Source: a virus. Taken from it: 64,000 bases of DNA. Positions within the stretch are counted from its first letter, which is position 1, and each line of letters opens with the position of its first letter. Below, one piece after another: positions 27,971 through 38,200 of the stretch. A model generated the notes under the pieces. The model searched no databases, had not been told where the DNA came from, and saw only the letters and a list, made by a program, of their open reading frames with translations. The position numbers and the translations under genes are program-made. The DNA lies in the IMG/VR virus record IMGVR_UViG_3300009168_000004, positions 11,336 through 75,335 of that record; one strand, 5' to 3'.

Positions 27971-28695
27971 CAGAGGACCCGCACCCACTCGAAGCGAACA
28001 GGATTGACAGCGCGATACGGACCAGAGCCGATCTTGGCGCGGAGGACAGGGTTGCGGCGAGCGTGCCACTGCGTGTCCTTGCGTCCCCAATCCTTGGTGT
28101 TGGCGTCGAAGATGTCATCGGCCCGGAAGACTATCGTCGAAAACGCCTTGGTCGGCATTTCGATGAGGCCGGCGCCCTTAGCGCAGCGGCGGAAGTTTCC
28201 GTCTGACCCGTAGTGCCCAGCGAAGTCTTCGTCGTACCCGCCCATCGACCAGAAGTCTTCAGCTCGCATCAGGTAGCTGTTCGGATGCGGCCGTTCGAGC
28301 GAGGTACCGTTCGTGAGCACCTGGTTCGGCATGTAATATGTTCCCGATCGGACGTCCATCTGGAAAATACTCAGGAGCTGGTCCCGCGGGACCAGGTGAT
28401 CCATGTCCGTCAGGAACGCCCACTCGGTCTCAACGTTCTGCATTGCCAGGTTGCGAGCCCCGTCCTGGTTCCAAGGAATGTTGGGCACCACCCGGTAGAG
28501 TTTGGTTCCTATAGGGCTTTGCTGCCCCCACTGCCAGATCGCCGTAGCGGCATCCCACCGGGGGCTCCCGTCGTCCACCAGCACGACCTTCACCCGATCC
28601 TGGAGCACCGGAGGGTAGGCTGCCCACTCGTCCAGGTGACGCTTCAGCATGTTGGGGTTGTCGTAGTAGGCCAGCACCAGGGTCAGGTCCTTCAT
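27970..28695 (-). CDS. GT2-family glycosyltransferase
   Basis: LVDDGS, ARNLA, TDMDH and GGYDEDFAG.YGSD. Confidence 0.85.
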   Translation of the reverse strand: MKDLTLVLAYYDNPNMLKRHLDEWAAYPPVLQDRVKVVLVDDGSPRWDAATAIWQWGQQSPIGTKLYRVVPNIPWNQDGARNLAMQNVETEWAFLTDMDHLVPRDQLLSIFQMDVRSGTYYMPNQVLTNGTSLERPHPNSYLMRAEDFWSMGGYDEDFAGHYGSDGNFRRCAKGAGLIEMPTKAFSTIVFRADDIFDANTKDWGRKDTQWHARRNPVLRAKIGSGPYRAVNPVRFEWVRVL

Positions 28696-29423
28696 GGCTT
28701 TCCCCTGCTCGGCCAGGCGTCGCCCGTCCAGTACTTCGTTGTCAGTTCAAACCTGTCCGGAGGGTATCCAAGAGACGAGTTGGCCTCCCCGAGGGTGTGG
28801 TTGACCAGGCACGGGACCCGCCAGAACATCGTCAGCCCGATCGCCTGGAAGCACGCGGAGACGATGCCGTCCACGTTCTTGTCCCAGTGCTTCGGCCCCT
28901 CCAGGTAGTTGTGGAGCTCAGCCGAGTCGAGCAGCGCATGCGCGGACGCACGCGACAGGACCAGGCACTGGGCTCCCCACATCTTGAAGCCAATCTGCAT
29001 CCCATGCGAGTGGATGCCGTCCCGGAGTCTGCTGGTGCTCTCAGCCTTCTCGCACATCTTGGACATCCGGATGGGCAGGTACAGCGAGAGGCAGCCGAAC
29101 CCCTCCCAGGTCTGGATGTTGAACAGGTCGTCGCGCAGAGCCCTGTGGGAGTTCTTCGCCCACAGGATGTCGTCCTCGCACACCATGAGGAACGGCTCCT
29201 GGGTAATTTCGACCAGGGTCCGCAGAGCCTTGAGCCAGTTGCGCAGGTTCCCCAGGAGCGGCACGTTTCTGCGAACGTACATGTTCTCGTCGAGCCGGCA
29301 GTCGACGGAGCCGTCGGAGAAGATGCGGATGTCCTGGTCGAAGCCCGCATCCCGCATCGAGGCGAGCGACCGCTCCAGCGTCAGGACTGGCCGGGGCGCA
29401 GTGATGTAGGCGATCGCTATCAT
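28692..29423 (-). CDS. GT-A glycosyltransferase-like protein
   Basis: TAPR, MVCEDD, WGAQCLV and PCLVNH...SSLG. Confidence 0.7.
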   Translation of the reverse strand: MIAIAYITAPRPVLTLERSLASMRDAGFDQDIRIFSDGSVDCRLDENMYVRRNVPLLGNLRNWLKALRTLVEITQEPFLMVCEDDILWAKNSHRALRDDLFNIQTWEGFGCLSLYLPIRMSKMCEKAESTSRLRDGIHSHGMQIGFKMWGAQCLVLSRASAHALLDSAELHNYLEGPKHWDKNVDGIVSACFQAIGLTMFWRVPCLVNHTLGEANSSLGYPPDRFELTTKYWTGDAWPSRGKP

Positions 29424-29563
29424 GAGTCATCGCCAAACCGGGCCAGCAGCGTCCGCCACAGGAGCTCCCACTGGCTCCGGCTCGTCCACGAGGGCCTGTC
29501 GATCCGGCACCCCTCGAAGACGACGTAGTCCAGATAGATGTCGACCGACGGGCGATCGGTCAC
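29420..29563 (-). CDS. 47-aa hypothetical protein
   Basis: Manual ORF coupled to both neighbours by 4-nt overlaps. Confidence 0.5.
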   Translation of the reverse strand: MTDRPSVDIYLDYVVFEGCRIDRPSWTSRSQWELLWRTLLARFGDDS

Positions 29564-30153
29564 AGCTGGACCCACCAGTGGGCGACAGACATGAGGTAGT
29601 CCTTGGTGGGGCGCTTCACCTCAGCCTGCACCCGATCGCCGAACGCTTCGTGGACGGCCTTGTGCACCCCAGGCCACAGGTAGTCGTCGCCGGACATGAC
29701 CGCCCCATCCCTCATCAGGGGCAGGTAGTCGGCGATGTCCTGCTGCACGGCTTCGTAGGTGTGCAGCCCGTCGATCATGATGTAGTCGATGGACTTCGGC
29801 TCGAACAGGACCCGCGCGTCGTGGGAGTACAGCCGGTGGGGCATGATCACAGAGCTGACCGGCTTGGTGTTATCGTTGAAGACCTCGAGGGCATCCCTGC
29901 CCCTCAGGAGGGCAAAAAACTCGGTGTGCTTCAGATCGCCCCCGCCGTCGGTCCAGGGGTCGATGCAGTGCAGGGTGATGGGCTTGCCGGAGTTCAGGAT
30001 CTCCACAGCCATGAACGCCGCCGACCGCCCCATCCACGATCCTATCTCCACGAAGGTGGAGGGTCGGTCCTGCGGGGCGCGCTGCACGGCGTCGACGTAG
30101 AGCTGGATGAACGACGCCCATCCGTGAATGCTCTTGTAAAAGTGTTCCATCAC
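29560..30153 (-). CDS. Class I SAM-dependent methyltransferase (Methyltransf_24-like)
   Basis: VEIGSWMGRS, CIDPW, IDGLHTYEAV..D and GDDY.WPGV. Confidence 0.88.
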   Translation of the reverse strand: MMEHFYKSIHGWASFIQLYVDAVQRAPQDRPSTFVEIGSWMGRSAAFMAVEILNSGKPITLHCIDPWTDGGGDLKHTEFFALLRGRDALEVFNDNTKPVSSVIMPHRLYSHDARVLFEPKSIDYIMIDGLHTYEAVQQDIADYLPLMRDGAVMSGDDYLWPGVHKAVHEAFGDRVQAEVKRPTKDYLMSVAHWWVQL

Positions 30154-30389
30154 TGCGGATGTCCTTTGTTCAGGTTGGGGCGAGCGAGGAGGTCGTCGGC
30201 GTCAGAGAGGCCCGCCTTGATCACTCGCCTGAGGTCGAACGGCCAGGTCAGGACGGCGAAGATGCTGGTCTGCCTGTCCTCCAGGAAGAAGCGGTTCAAC
30301 GGCTCAGCCAGCAAGAGAACGTAGACCCCAGTCAAGAGATAGCACGTCACCACGCCGAGGATGAAGTAAGCTGCGTATTCCATCTGCAT
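30150..30389 (-). CDS. Small membrane protein
   Basis: Hydrophobic N-terminal segment; AGGA RBS. Confidence 0.55.
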   Translation of the reverse strand: MQMEYAAYFILGVVTCYLLTGVYVLLLAEPLNRFFLEDRQTSIFAVLTWPFDLRRVIKAGLSDADDLLARPNLNKGHPQ

Positions 30390-30396
30390 TCCTTTC

Positions 30397-31299
30397 TTAC
30401 GAGTCGAAGGTGCCTTGCTCAATCTCGTTGACCAGGACCGCCCAGGCGTCCCGGCCAACCTTTCCCGTTGGCTTCCATTCACCATCTGTTCTGGCGAAGA
30501 ACGCGCAGTCGACGTAGCCGCCCATCGTCCATCCGACGGTGGTCTCGAGGATGTACCAGCGAGTCTCGTCGCGAACCATGTCGACGGCCGCCCACTTCAT
30601 CCGCTCGACCTCGAAGAAGCGGTCAGAGTAGTCGAGGGCGGACCGGACCTCGTCATCTGCGTCGACGACGCTCTGGAAGTTCCGGCTGCCCGAAGCCATC
30701 GGCCTGTCCGTCCGGTTGAACCTCCGCAGGACCAGGCGCTGCCTGCCGATCCCGACGACCCGGACGTCGTGGTCGTTCTCCGGGATGAAGCGCTGCCACA
30801 AGAGGTAGCCAAGCTGGGCCAGGTCGTAGTGCATCGGGATGCCCCGGTCGCTGAACGCCGCCCTGACCTCGGCCATCGCCTCCTGGTAGCTGTTGATCAT
30901 GCGGACGTTGTTCGACGAAGCCCCCTCGGCGGACTTGGAGAGAAACGGGTACGCTGGCTCGTCGTTGTTCAGATACCCCTTCGCCGCCATCGGCGTGAAG
31001 AAGGCCTTGGTCGGCGGCATCCACCGCGCCAAGTGCCTGGCCTGCTCGAGCTTGTCGTCGTACAGAACCGACGAGCGATAGTCCGGAATGAGCGTGAGCC
31101 CGTTGTTGACGCTGAGGTTCTGCATCAGCTTCTTGTGGAGGCGGCGCAGGTTCGGATGGTGGTGCATGTGCACGAAGGCGTAGCCCCGGTCCGGCTCGAC
31201 GGCAGCCTCGAACATGCGGCAGGAGATGCCCCTGCCCCCGCAGGCTTCGTGGAGCCGCTTGCCCCAGCCCTGCGGATCGTCGTAGGCCCAGACGCTCAA
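30397..31299 (-). CDS. ATP-grasp (RimK-like) ligase
   Basis: YDDK, PF.SKS..GASS.NV, WQRFIP.N..DVRV, ASGS, AVDMV and ILE. Start placed at TTG 31299 (TTGA overlap). Confidence 0.82.
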   Translation of the reverse strand: MSVWAYDDPQGWGKRLHEACGGRGISCRMFEAAVEPDRGYAFVHMHHHPNLRRLHKKLMQNLSVNNGLTLIPDYRSSVLYDDKLEQARHLARWMPPTKAFFTPMAAKGYLNNDEPAYPFLSKSAEGASSNNVRMINSYQEAMAEVRAAFSDRGIPMHYDLAQLGYLLWQRFIPENDHDVRVVGIGRQRLVLRRFNRTDRPMASGSRNFQSVVDADDEVRSALDYSDRFFEVERMKWAAVDMVRDETRWYILETTVGWTMGGYVDCAFFARTDGEWKPTGKVGRDAWAVLVNEIEQGTFDS

Positions 31300-31475
31300 C
31301 TCCTGTCCCGATGCTGCTCTTCCCAGGATGGCACCCCCAACAGGATTGCTGAGCCCGCGACCAGGAGGTGAGCTACGATCTCCCAGCCGAACGGAGTGGC
31401 GAGCACCGACACGCACAGGCACGTCGCCCCCGCCGACTGGGCGTCCAGCAGCATCCACCGATGCCATGTTGTCAC
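31296..31475 (-). CDS. 59-aa membrane protein
   Basis: Manual ORF MTTWHRWMLLDAQ...VAHLLVAGSAILLGV; fills the gap exactly. Confidence 0.5.
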   Translation of the reverse strand: MTTWHRWMLLDAQSAGATCLCVSVLATPFGWEIVAHLLVAGSAILLGVPSWEEQHRDRS

Positions 31476-32522
31476 TCACAGGTCCTCCGTCGTGAACCGT
31501 CGGTCGCGCGCAGGCACGAACACGCATCGGCAGTGCGGGTGCGCGGGGATCAAGCTGCGGGCAACGTTGATGCGGTAGGGTCCCTCCTCGGCGATGTCTT
31601 CGCACTCCGGGCAGACCTCGTCGTCGCCGGCCGTCAGGACGTTGACGCGCTTCAGCTTCTCGATCGCCTCCTGCGCCTTCCTGATCCTGCGGACGGTCTC
31701 GCGGTGGGGCACCGTGGTCCGGCTGACCTTCGAGCCTGCCCCCGTGTTCGGATTGAACTTCCGCTTCTTGTCCTCGAAGAACGACACAGCGTCCTGCGCA
31801 GGGCGGCGGATCTTCCTGACCTCCGGGATGATGCCGACCTCGGTGACCCCGACGGACTCGTAGGACGACAGGCTTCCTTCGTTGAATGTCCGCATGACGA
31901 TCGTGTCAGCCAGGGCGTCGATGCGGGTTCCGCCCACCTTGTCGATGCGGGAGTACATCGCCCGGAGCAGGAGGTTCGCATTCTTCTTGGACAAGATCCC
32001 GTCGGCTGCAGCCCGAACCAGGTTCTGGCTGACCGCCTCGCTGATGCCCTGCAGCTCCACAAACGCAGACTGGACGATGGTGTCCACCCTGTCCCTGTGG
32101 TTCTCCGGCGACCTGGCGACGTTCAGATCCCGCGTGTTCCTGTCCGCGAACCGCAGCCCCTTCTCGAAGGCGCGCTCAACGTAGCCTGCCAGATACCGGC
32201 CATCGTGCTCGAGGACGTTCTGGGTCAGGGCGGAGTCGACGAACTGCTGGAAGCCCATGATCTTGGCTGGCCCAGCCGTGACCATGGCCGCGGCTGACAT
32301 GCCCGAGAAGGCGGTCATGGGCTTCAGCCCGAGCGCGTCGTTGTCGATGATCTGCATCCGCAGCAGGGCGCGCAGCCGGTTCATGCGGATGGCCATGGCC
32401 GATCGCATGGCGGAGCGAATGGTCTTGGTCCCCGACGGGTCTCGGCTGGTCGGCTTGGCGTCCGACAGGTAGGTGCAGCAGGAGCACCTGTCGTGGATGA
32501 CCTCGTTCTTGTACTTCAGCAT
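31476..32522 (-). CDS. Head morphogenesis protein (SPP1 gp7/Mu F-like)
   Basis: DPSGT N-terminal motif and C-terminal TAGDDEVCPEC...IPAHPHCRC. Confidence 0.85.
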   Translation of the reverse strand: MLKYKNEVIHDRCSCCTYLSDAKPTSRDPSGTKTIRSAMRSAMAIRMNRLRALLRMQIIDNDALGLKPMTAFSGMSAAAMVTAGPAKIMGFQQFVDSALTQNVLEHDGRYLAGYVERAFEKGLRFADRNTRDLNVARSPENHRDRVDTIVQSAFVELQGISEAVSQNLVRAAADGILSKKNANLLLRAMYSRIDKVGGTRIDALADTIVMRTFNEGSLSSYESVGVTEVGIIPEVRKIRRPAQDAVSFFEDKKRKFNPNTGAGSKVSRTTVPHRETVRRIRKAQEAIEKLKRVNVLTAGDDEVCPECEDIAEEGPYRINVARSLIPAHPHCRCVFVPARDRRFTTEDL

Positions 32523-32529
32523 CGGTTCC

Positions 32530-33045
32530 TCACTGGAGCAGGAGCAGGTCGTCGTCCAGGACCACCGCGTCGACGAAGTCCACGGTGATCCGGAACCGAT
32601 CCGGCCTCTCGGTCGGCATGGCTGTCAGTTGCACGCGCTTGCCGGCGTGCGGGGAGGGCTCCGGGATCAGGGTGGGGATTATCACCGATCCCCCGATCGG
32701 CAGCACCAGCGGGCTCCGCACGTGCTCTGGGACGGGTGTCTGCTCGGGTCCCTTGTGGGGATGGACGTAGAAGGAGAACACGTCGGGCAGCTCCCGAACG
32801 TGGAGCTCCAGACTCCGGGGACGAAGCGTCCGCCAGCCGAGACCTCCCCCCGTCCCGAACCGGACGGGAGGAGCAGCCGGCACCGTGAGCTCGAACGCGA
32901 AGACGTCAGGGGCCTCGGTGACCTCGAACGAAAGTCCGACGCCAGAGACGCCGTCGGGGGCAAACGACAGCTTGAACCAGGCCGGAGCGGTCCCCCTGGG
33001 GAACCACCCGGATGGGCTCAGGAGCCGGTTGTAGAACTCACGCAT
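32530..33045 (-). CDS. Hypothetical virion protein
   Basis: Two (T/R)E.PDVF.F repeats; ends DDDLLLLQ. Confidence 0.6.
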   Translation of the reverse strand: MREFYNRLLSPSGWFPRGTAPAWFKLSFAPDGVSGVGLSFEVTEAPDVFAFELTVPAAPPVRFGTGGGLGWRTLRPRSLELHVRELPDVFSFYVHPHKGPEQTPVPEHVRSPLVLPIGGSVIIPTLIPEPSPHAGKRVQLTAMPTERPDRFRITVDFVDAVVLDDDLLLLQ

Positions 33046-33415
33046 GGGTGATCTGACCCGACACGCAGGTGACCGTGCCGTTGACCTCGATGGCCAGCTC
33101 GCTGACGATGACCTCGCCCCCGCCGCCCATCAGGCTGACGAGCATGGCGTCCACGACGGTGACGCCGTCCCCGTCGGCCAGGCGCGCCAGGTTGGCAGAG
33201 CCAGCTCCGGTGGCCAGGGCCTCGATGGGCGTTCCCCTCAGGGTCATCGTCCCTCCCGACGGGGCGGAGAAGGACGGCTTCTGCAGGGGGATGGTCGCCA
33301 GGAGCTCGCTGGCAGCCGTGAAGAGGAGCAGCATCCCCGGATCTGCCTTGGCGTCGATCCGATCGATCACGATCTGGAGCCGGTCGTTCTTGGTGGGCAT
33401 CGAGTACGATGACAT
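33038..33415 (-). CDS. Small beta-rich virion protein
   Basis: LLATIPL.KPSFSAPSGG and A.ATG.G.A..ARL.D pattern. Confidence 0.65.
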   Translation of the reverse strand: MSSYSMPTKNDRLQIVIDRIDAKADPGMLLLFTAASELLATIPLQKPSFSAPSGGTMTLRGTPIEALATGAGSANLARLADGDGVTVVDAMLVSLMGGGGEVIVSELAIEVNGTVTCVSGQITHA

Positions 33416-33436
33416 TGCCTGTCCCCTGTTCTTCTG

Positions 33437-33664
33437 CTAGACCCACGCTGTCCCGTTCCAGAACCGGACAGGCTTGGTGATCCACGCCACGCCGTCCCAC
33501 ACCTTCGACGGCTTGCTGCTCCACGACGTGTCGTTCCAGACCTTGAGCCTCGAGGCGGCTGCGGCGGTCGTCACTTCGCCGGAGAAGAAGCCGCCCGACA
33601 TCGCGAAGTCCCGCGGGCCGTCGTCGACGACGTATCCGCCCGTTGCGCTGAAGCTTCGACTCAT
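33437..33664 (-). CDS. Small virion protein
   Basis: Three (K/R)(V/F)W(N/D)G..W-like repeats. Confidence 0.6.
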   Translation of the reverse strand: MSRSFSATGGYVVDDGPRDFAMSGGFFSGEVTTAAAASRLKVWNDTSWSSKPSKVWDGVAWITKPVRFWNGTAWV

Positions 33665-34980
33665 GATGTCACCACCGGCTTCGGGTCGATGTAGAACGTC
33701 GAGTTGTTTCGCATCGCCATCGGATAGATCGTGATCGGTCCCTTCTCCCTTGGCGTCACCGTCACAGCCATCGAGAACTTCGCGGTCAGCGCGCCGGCCC
33801 ACGTGCCGTGTCCATCAGGCAGCGTAACAGGAGGGGCGAGATAGGAAACGTCCGCGGCGCTCGTGGCACGCGAGCCGCTGACCTGACCGTCAGTGCCGAG
33901 ATATTCAACGTCGATCCAGATGTCTTGGTTGGTCGGCCGCACGCCGCCCGCCCAGATGCCTTCGACCGTGACGGTGACCGGCACTCCAATCACTTCATTC
34001 CACACCGTGATGGGCAGGGCTTCGAACGGAAGCTTGTTGCGGTTGGACCCTGTCGCCAGTCGCCACGAGATCGGGAAGGTGCCATCGCTCGCTCCTCCGC
34101 TCCTGACGATGGTCGCCTCGGTGAACATGCCGCCGGCCCTGTTGTGCTTCTCAGTCCTGTAGTTGGTGTCGCCGGTATCGCATCGAATGTACGTGATCTC
34201 AAGTCCGCCGAGCGAGGCGATGATGGCGCTGTACGGGGCGCAGGGTCCGATGCGACAATCCTTGAAGACGTAGGTGTGAGAGTTGGACGCCGCCCCAGAG
34301 ATCATGGACTTGCCTGCCCCCATGACCGACAGGTCGCTCCCCTCCTGAAGCAATGTGCCGATAGCCGCGCCGGGAAGGTAGAGCGTCGTCGGTACGATGG
34401 CGCCAACGATGAACGGTTCGCCAAATCCACGAATGCTGACGCGCCCGCCCGGCGAGACGCCTTGCGAGACGTTGCCGAAGCTGACTTGGGTTCTCTCGAG
34501 AATTGTTATCGAGCCGTTGACGCCCGGAGCAATGCGAGATCCAGTCGCCGTACTGACCAGAGCCAGCAAGCAACGAACCATGCGCCACGACGTTTGCCCT
34601 GAGCCTATGGCAATGCTTGTGACGTTGGCGCCGGTGCCGCAGTAGAACTGCACGCCGTAGCATTCGGCGACGCTTCCGGAGAGAACGAGGTTGCCGCCTA
34701 GCTGCGTTGTAATCTTGGCCGTCGTTCGAAGGTCGGCAAAGACGGGAGGAACCGAACCGCCGACGCGCAGAACGCAATAGACGTAGCACGGACTGGCTTC
34801 GGTGCCTGGCGAAGTGATGAGCGCAGCGCCGGCGTTGATCTCATTGTGGTCATCAGCAAGAAAGAACACATCACTGATTGCCTTGCTCGTCATCGCCGCG
34901 GCGAGCGTCAGGTATGCGTTGGCCCAGTCTGCCCCTGAGGCAGCGCCCGTCGCTCCGCTCCATACGAAATAGTTGGCCAT
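33661..34980 (-). CDS. Beta-helix-like virion spike/fibre protein
   Basis: MANYFVWSGATGAASGADWANAYLTL start; G/S/T-rich beta repeats. Confidence 0.65.
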   Translation of the reverse strand: MANYFVWSGATGAASGADWANAYLTLAAAMTSKAISDVFFLADDHNEINAGAALITSPGTEASPCYVYCVLRVGGSVPPVFADLRTTAKITTQLGGNLVLSGSVAECYGVQFYCGTGANVTSIAIGSGQTSWRMVRCLLALVSTATGSRIAPGVNGSITILERTQVSFGNVSQGVSPGGRVSIRGFGEPFIVGAIVPTTLYLPGAAIGTLLQEGSDLSVMGAGKSMISGAASNSHTYVFKDCRIGPCAPYSAIIASLGGLEITYIRCDTGDTNYRTEKHNRAGGMFTEATIVRSGGASDGTFPISWRLATGSNRNKLPFEALPITVWNEVIGVPVTVTVEGIWAGGVRPTNQDIWIDVEYLGTDGQVSGSRATSAADVSYLAPPVTLPDGHGTWAGALTAKFSMAVTVTPREKGPITIYPMAMRNNSTFYIDPKPVVTS

Positions 34981-35237
34981 CAGTTGGTGTCCACCCAGAC
35001 GTCGTAGAGAGCAGGGTCGAGCGGAGCCATCGTGCCGACGGTCATCCTGGCGATCCTCTCCCAGTCCGCGTTCTCTCTCGCGTACAGCTTGTCGTCGATC
35101 GGAGCCTCTGGAAGTGTATTGGCTGCCGACGCTGCCTTCCATCGCGCGCCGTCCCAGATGTACTGCGGGACGCCGCCCAGAGGAGGGACGGGATAGAGCT
35201 GACCAACTGTTGGTGAGGCAGGGAAGTTGAGGGCCAT
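34980..35237 (-). CDS. Small fibre-associated protein
   Basis: LNFPASPTVGQ.Y...WDG.RW, EAP.D.KLYAR and DVWVDT. Confidence 0.7.
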   Translation of the reverse strand: MALNFPASPTVGQLYPVPPLGGVPQYIWDGARWKAASAANTLPEAPIDDKLYARENADWERIARMTVGTMAPLDPALYDVWVDTN

Positions 35238-35238
35238 G

Positions 35239-38200
35239 TTATCTATACTCCTTGATTATAACTCCACCACTGCCACCACTGCCGCCAAGAACTCCAACAT
35301 TTTCATTCACTGAATAGCCAGCAGAACCGCCGCCACCGGGGAATTGTCCACCGCCACCGGCCACTAGATAATCCCCCACCTTTCCGCCAGAGCCGCCCAT
35401 CGGTGCATTGCCGCCGACGCCCGGAAGCACGAACGTTGGAGTCATGCTGCCAACAGCCCACGTTCCGGGAGCGCCCGCGATGTTAAGGTCGCCGCCTGAA
35501 CTCGTCCCGCCCGCGCCACCAGCGATGTTGCTAACTGCGCCACCGGCTCCACTCGTGCCGCCGCCACCACCGCCAGCGGTCAACAAGTCTCCGAATGTCG
35601 TAGTGCCGCCAACTGCTGCGCCACCACCACCAGCGCCGATCGTCACGGTTTGCGTCGTTGGTGAATTGATGCGCTTGCGAGCGTATCCGCCTGACCCGCC
35701 GCCGCCTCCGGTAGAGACCTGCCCCGCGGTTGTCGCGCCACCATTGCCGCCGCCGCCACCGCCGCCCCATGCTTCCACAACGATGAAAGCAACATCGTCG
35801 CTTGACGGCGACCACTCGCCGCTTGCTGTGATGATGGTCTCGCCGATCAGCAAACCATCACCGGGCAGCACGCCCTGAATGGCGACACTCCATGCATCAG
35901 ACGCCACGCGCATCGTCACGTCCTGCCAGAAATAGTTACCCTCTCCGTAATTGGTTCTAGGACAGCCCGCGCCGGAAGTCGTGTACGTCGCAAGCACGTA
36001 CGTAACTTCATCTGGATACTGTGCGGCTGGCGGTGGGGTCGTCATAAAATAATTGTCGTCATCGCGGGCAATGCAAATGAAAGTACCGGCAGCAACGTTG
36101 GCTGGCACTTCAAGCGCAGCCTCCACCCATCCCTCACCGATGCTTTCATCGGTCATGACGGTGGTGCCGATAAGCACGTCGAAATCGAAGTCATAAAGAA
36201 AGAGTTGTCGCGTTGATACTGCTGACGGAGCGCCCGACCTGTAGAACCTTAGATGCGTTATCTGACAATCCACATTCATCAAAAGGACGGTACCAAAGCG
36301 AAGGTTCGCGGCCTCGACAGTTGTCGAAGGTACAGCGGCATCCGGGAAAATGTGATGGGCTGCTCCGAGTGCACTTTCTGTATCCTTCGGGCCATACAGA
36401 GCATGACCTTCTGTGTCGATGTAGTAATCTCCATCAAGCCCAAGACTGCTGGCAGGGGGACCGACGCCGTCATGAATGATGGCTCCCGTCGCCTGTATGG
36501 CAACCGGCCACGTCTCGCCCAAAGACATGTACTGCCATTCAAGGTCGGTGCCGTAGTTGTATGGGGCCTCGTAGCCACTAGGAGGAAAGACGTCCGGGCC
36601 GTCGCCGACACCCATGCGGATGCCGAAGTGAACGGCGGCATCAGGATTGGTTGGTACCGGGGCAACGGTTTGCGCGTAAGCTAGAGCATCAAAGGAAGCG
36701 ACAATCGCCAAGTGCTGATCGGCCACAACAGGAATTGGAGCGGGGAAGGCGGCGGACACCCAACCGTCAAAGCCCGCAGTCTCAACCGTCGCATTGGTTA
36801 CACCAAGCAGCGTCCCCGTCGTTCCGTCGTACAGATAAAGTTGCCGCGTCGTATTTGCAGAAGTGGGGTTGCGCCGAAACTTCGCGCTGATGACCTGCCC
36901 ATCAACGAGTGCGATGAACTCGTTGCCGACCACTAATGGATTTGGGTCGAACTCCCACAAGGGAGGTTCGGTCAACATGAACTCTGGGTCCAGCATCACG
37001 GCTTCGAACTTCGGGCCGTAAAGCGTGTCCGTGTCCGTATCGATGTAGTAGTCGCCGCCCTCGCCCAGCGCATCGTCGGGCAGGCCTGTGCCTGAATGAA
37101 TTGTCTGGCCGCTGCCGCCGCCGCCTCCGGTTCCTGGTATGCCTTGTGGACCTTGCGGTCCCTCCGGACCTTCAGGTCCAGCAGGACCTGCGGCACCGTC
37201 AACGCCGTCAGCTCCATCTGCACCATCAGCACCGGGCACGCCCTGGATGCCCTGAGGTCCTGCCGGGCCCACCGCTCCGTCAGCACCGGCAGGTCCTTCA
37301 GGTCCTTCAGGTCCAGCCGGTCCGGCTTCTCCGAGGGGGACCGCCACCGTCTCGACCCACTGGATGGTGTCGCCGTCGTCGTAGTTGATGAAGAGAACGC
37401 CGATCGAGCTGTCCCACCACAGCGCGCCGACGGGCGCACCGACGGGGGCGGTGTCGCTGATGATGATGATCGAAGCGTCGCCCCCTCCCGTGCCTGGCTC
37501 ACCTTGCGGACCTTCAGGACCCATCGGCCCTTCAGGTCCCATCGGTCCCACATCGCCGGTATCTCCCTTCGGACCCTGAGATCCGTCTGCTCCATCTGCT
37601 CCAGGAGGGCCTGCTACGCCGTCAGCGCCAGCAGGACCAGCAGGACCAGCAGGGCCAGCACTGCCGTCAGCACCAGCAGGACCTTGCAGTCCAGGTTCAC
37701 CGTCATCTCCCTTTGGTCCTTCTGGTCCTTCTGGTCCTTCTGGTCCTGTCGCTCCGTCGATGCCCGTCGGTCCCTGGGGTCCCTCGGGTCCAGGAGCACC
37801 TGGAGCACCGGGTTCTCCTGGGTCGCCCTTCTCGCCCACGGTCCGGAGGAGGACGGTGATGGCCTGGTTGGCTGCGAACACGCCGGAGCCCGACGCGGAC
37901 ACGAACTCGACGGGCACCGTGAAGTAGTCTGCGAGGTTGGTGGCCGGCGCAGTCATCCGCCAGACCTGGTTGCTCAGAGCGAAGTCCCGGTCCTGGATGA
38001 TGAACTCGTCGTCGGTGTTGGCGAGGGACAGGAGGACGGACAGGTCGAAGTCGTCCTGCGTGATCCAGTCGACCGACAGCATGGTGGCGGCCTGCTGGTC
38101 TGTGTTGTTCCAGCGCAGCTTGCCGGTGCCGGGGTCCGCCATCGCCACCGAACTTGTGTCGGCCCGGTAGTGGAAGACCGAGGTCGAAGCCCCCTGCTCC

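Noticed and set aside
37120-37830. Short tandem DNA repeats such as (GGTCCTTCT)n
   Set aside because: Explained by collagen Gly-X-Y coding.
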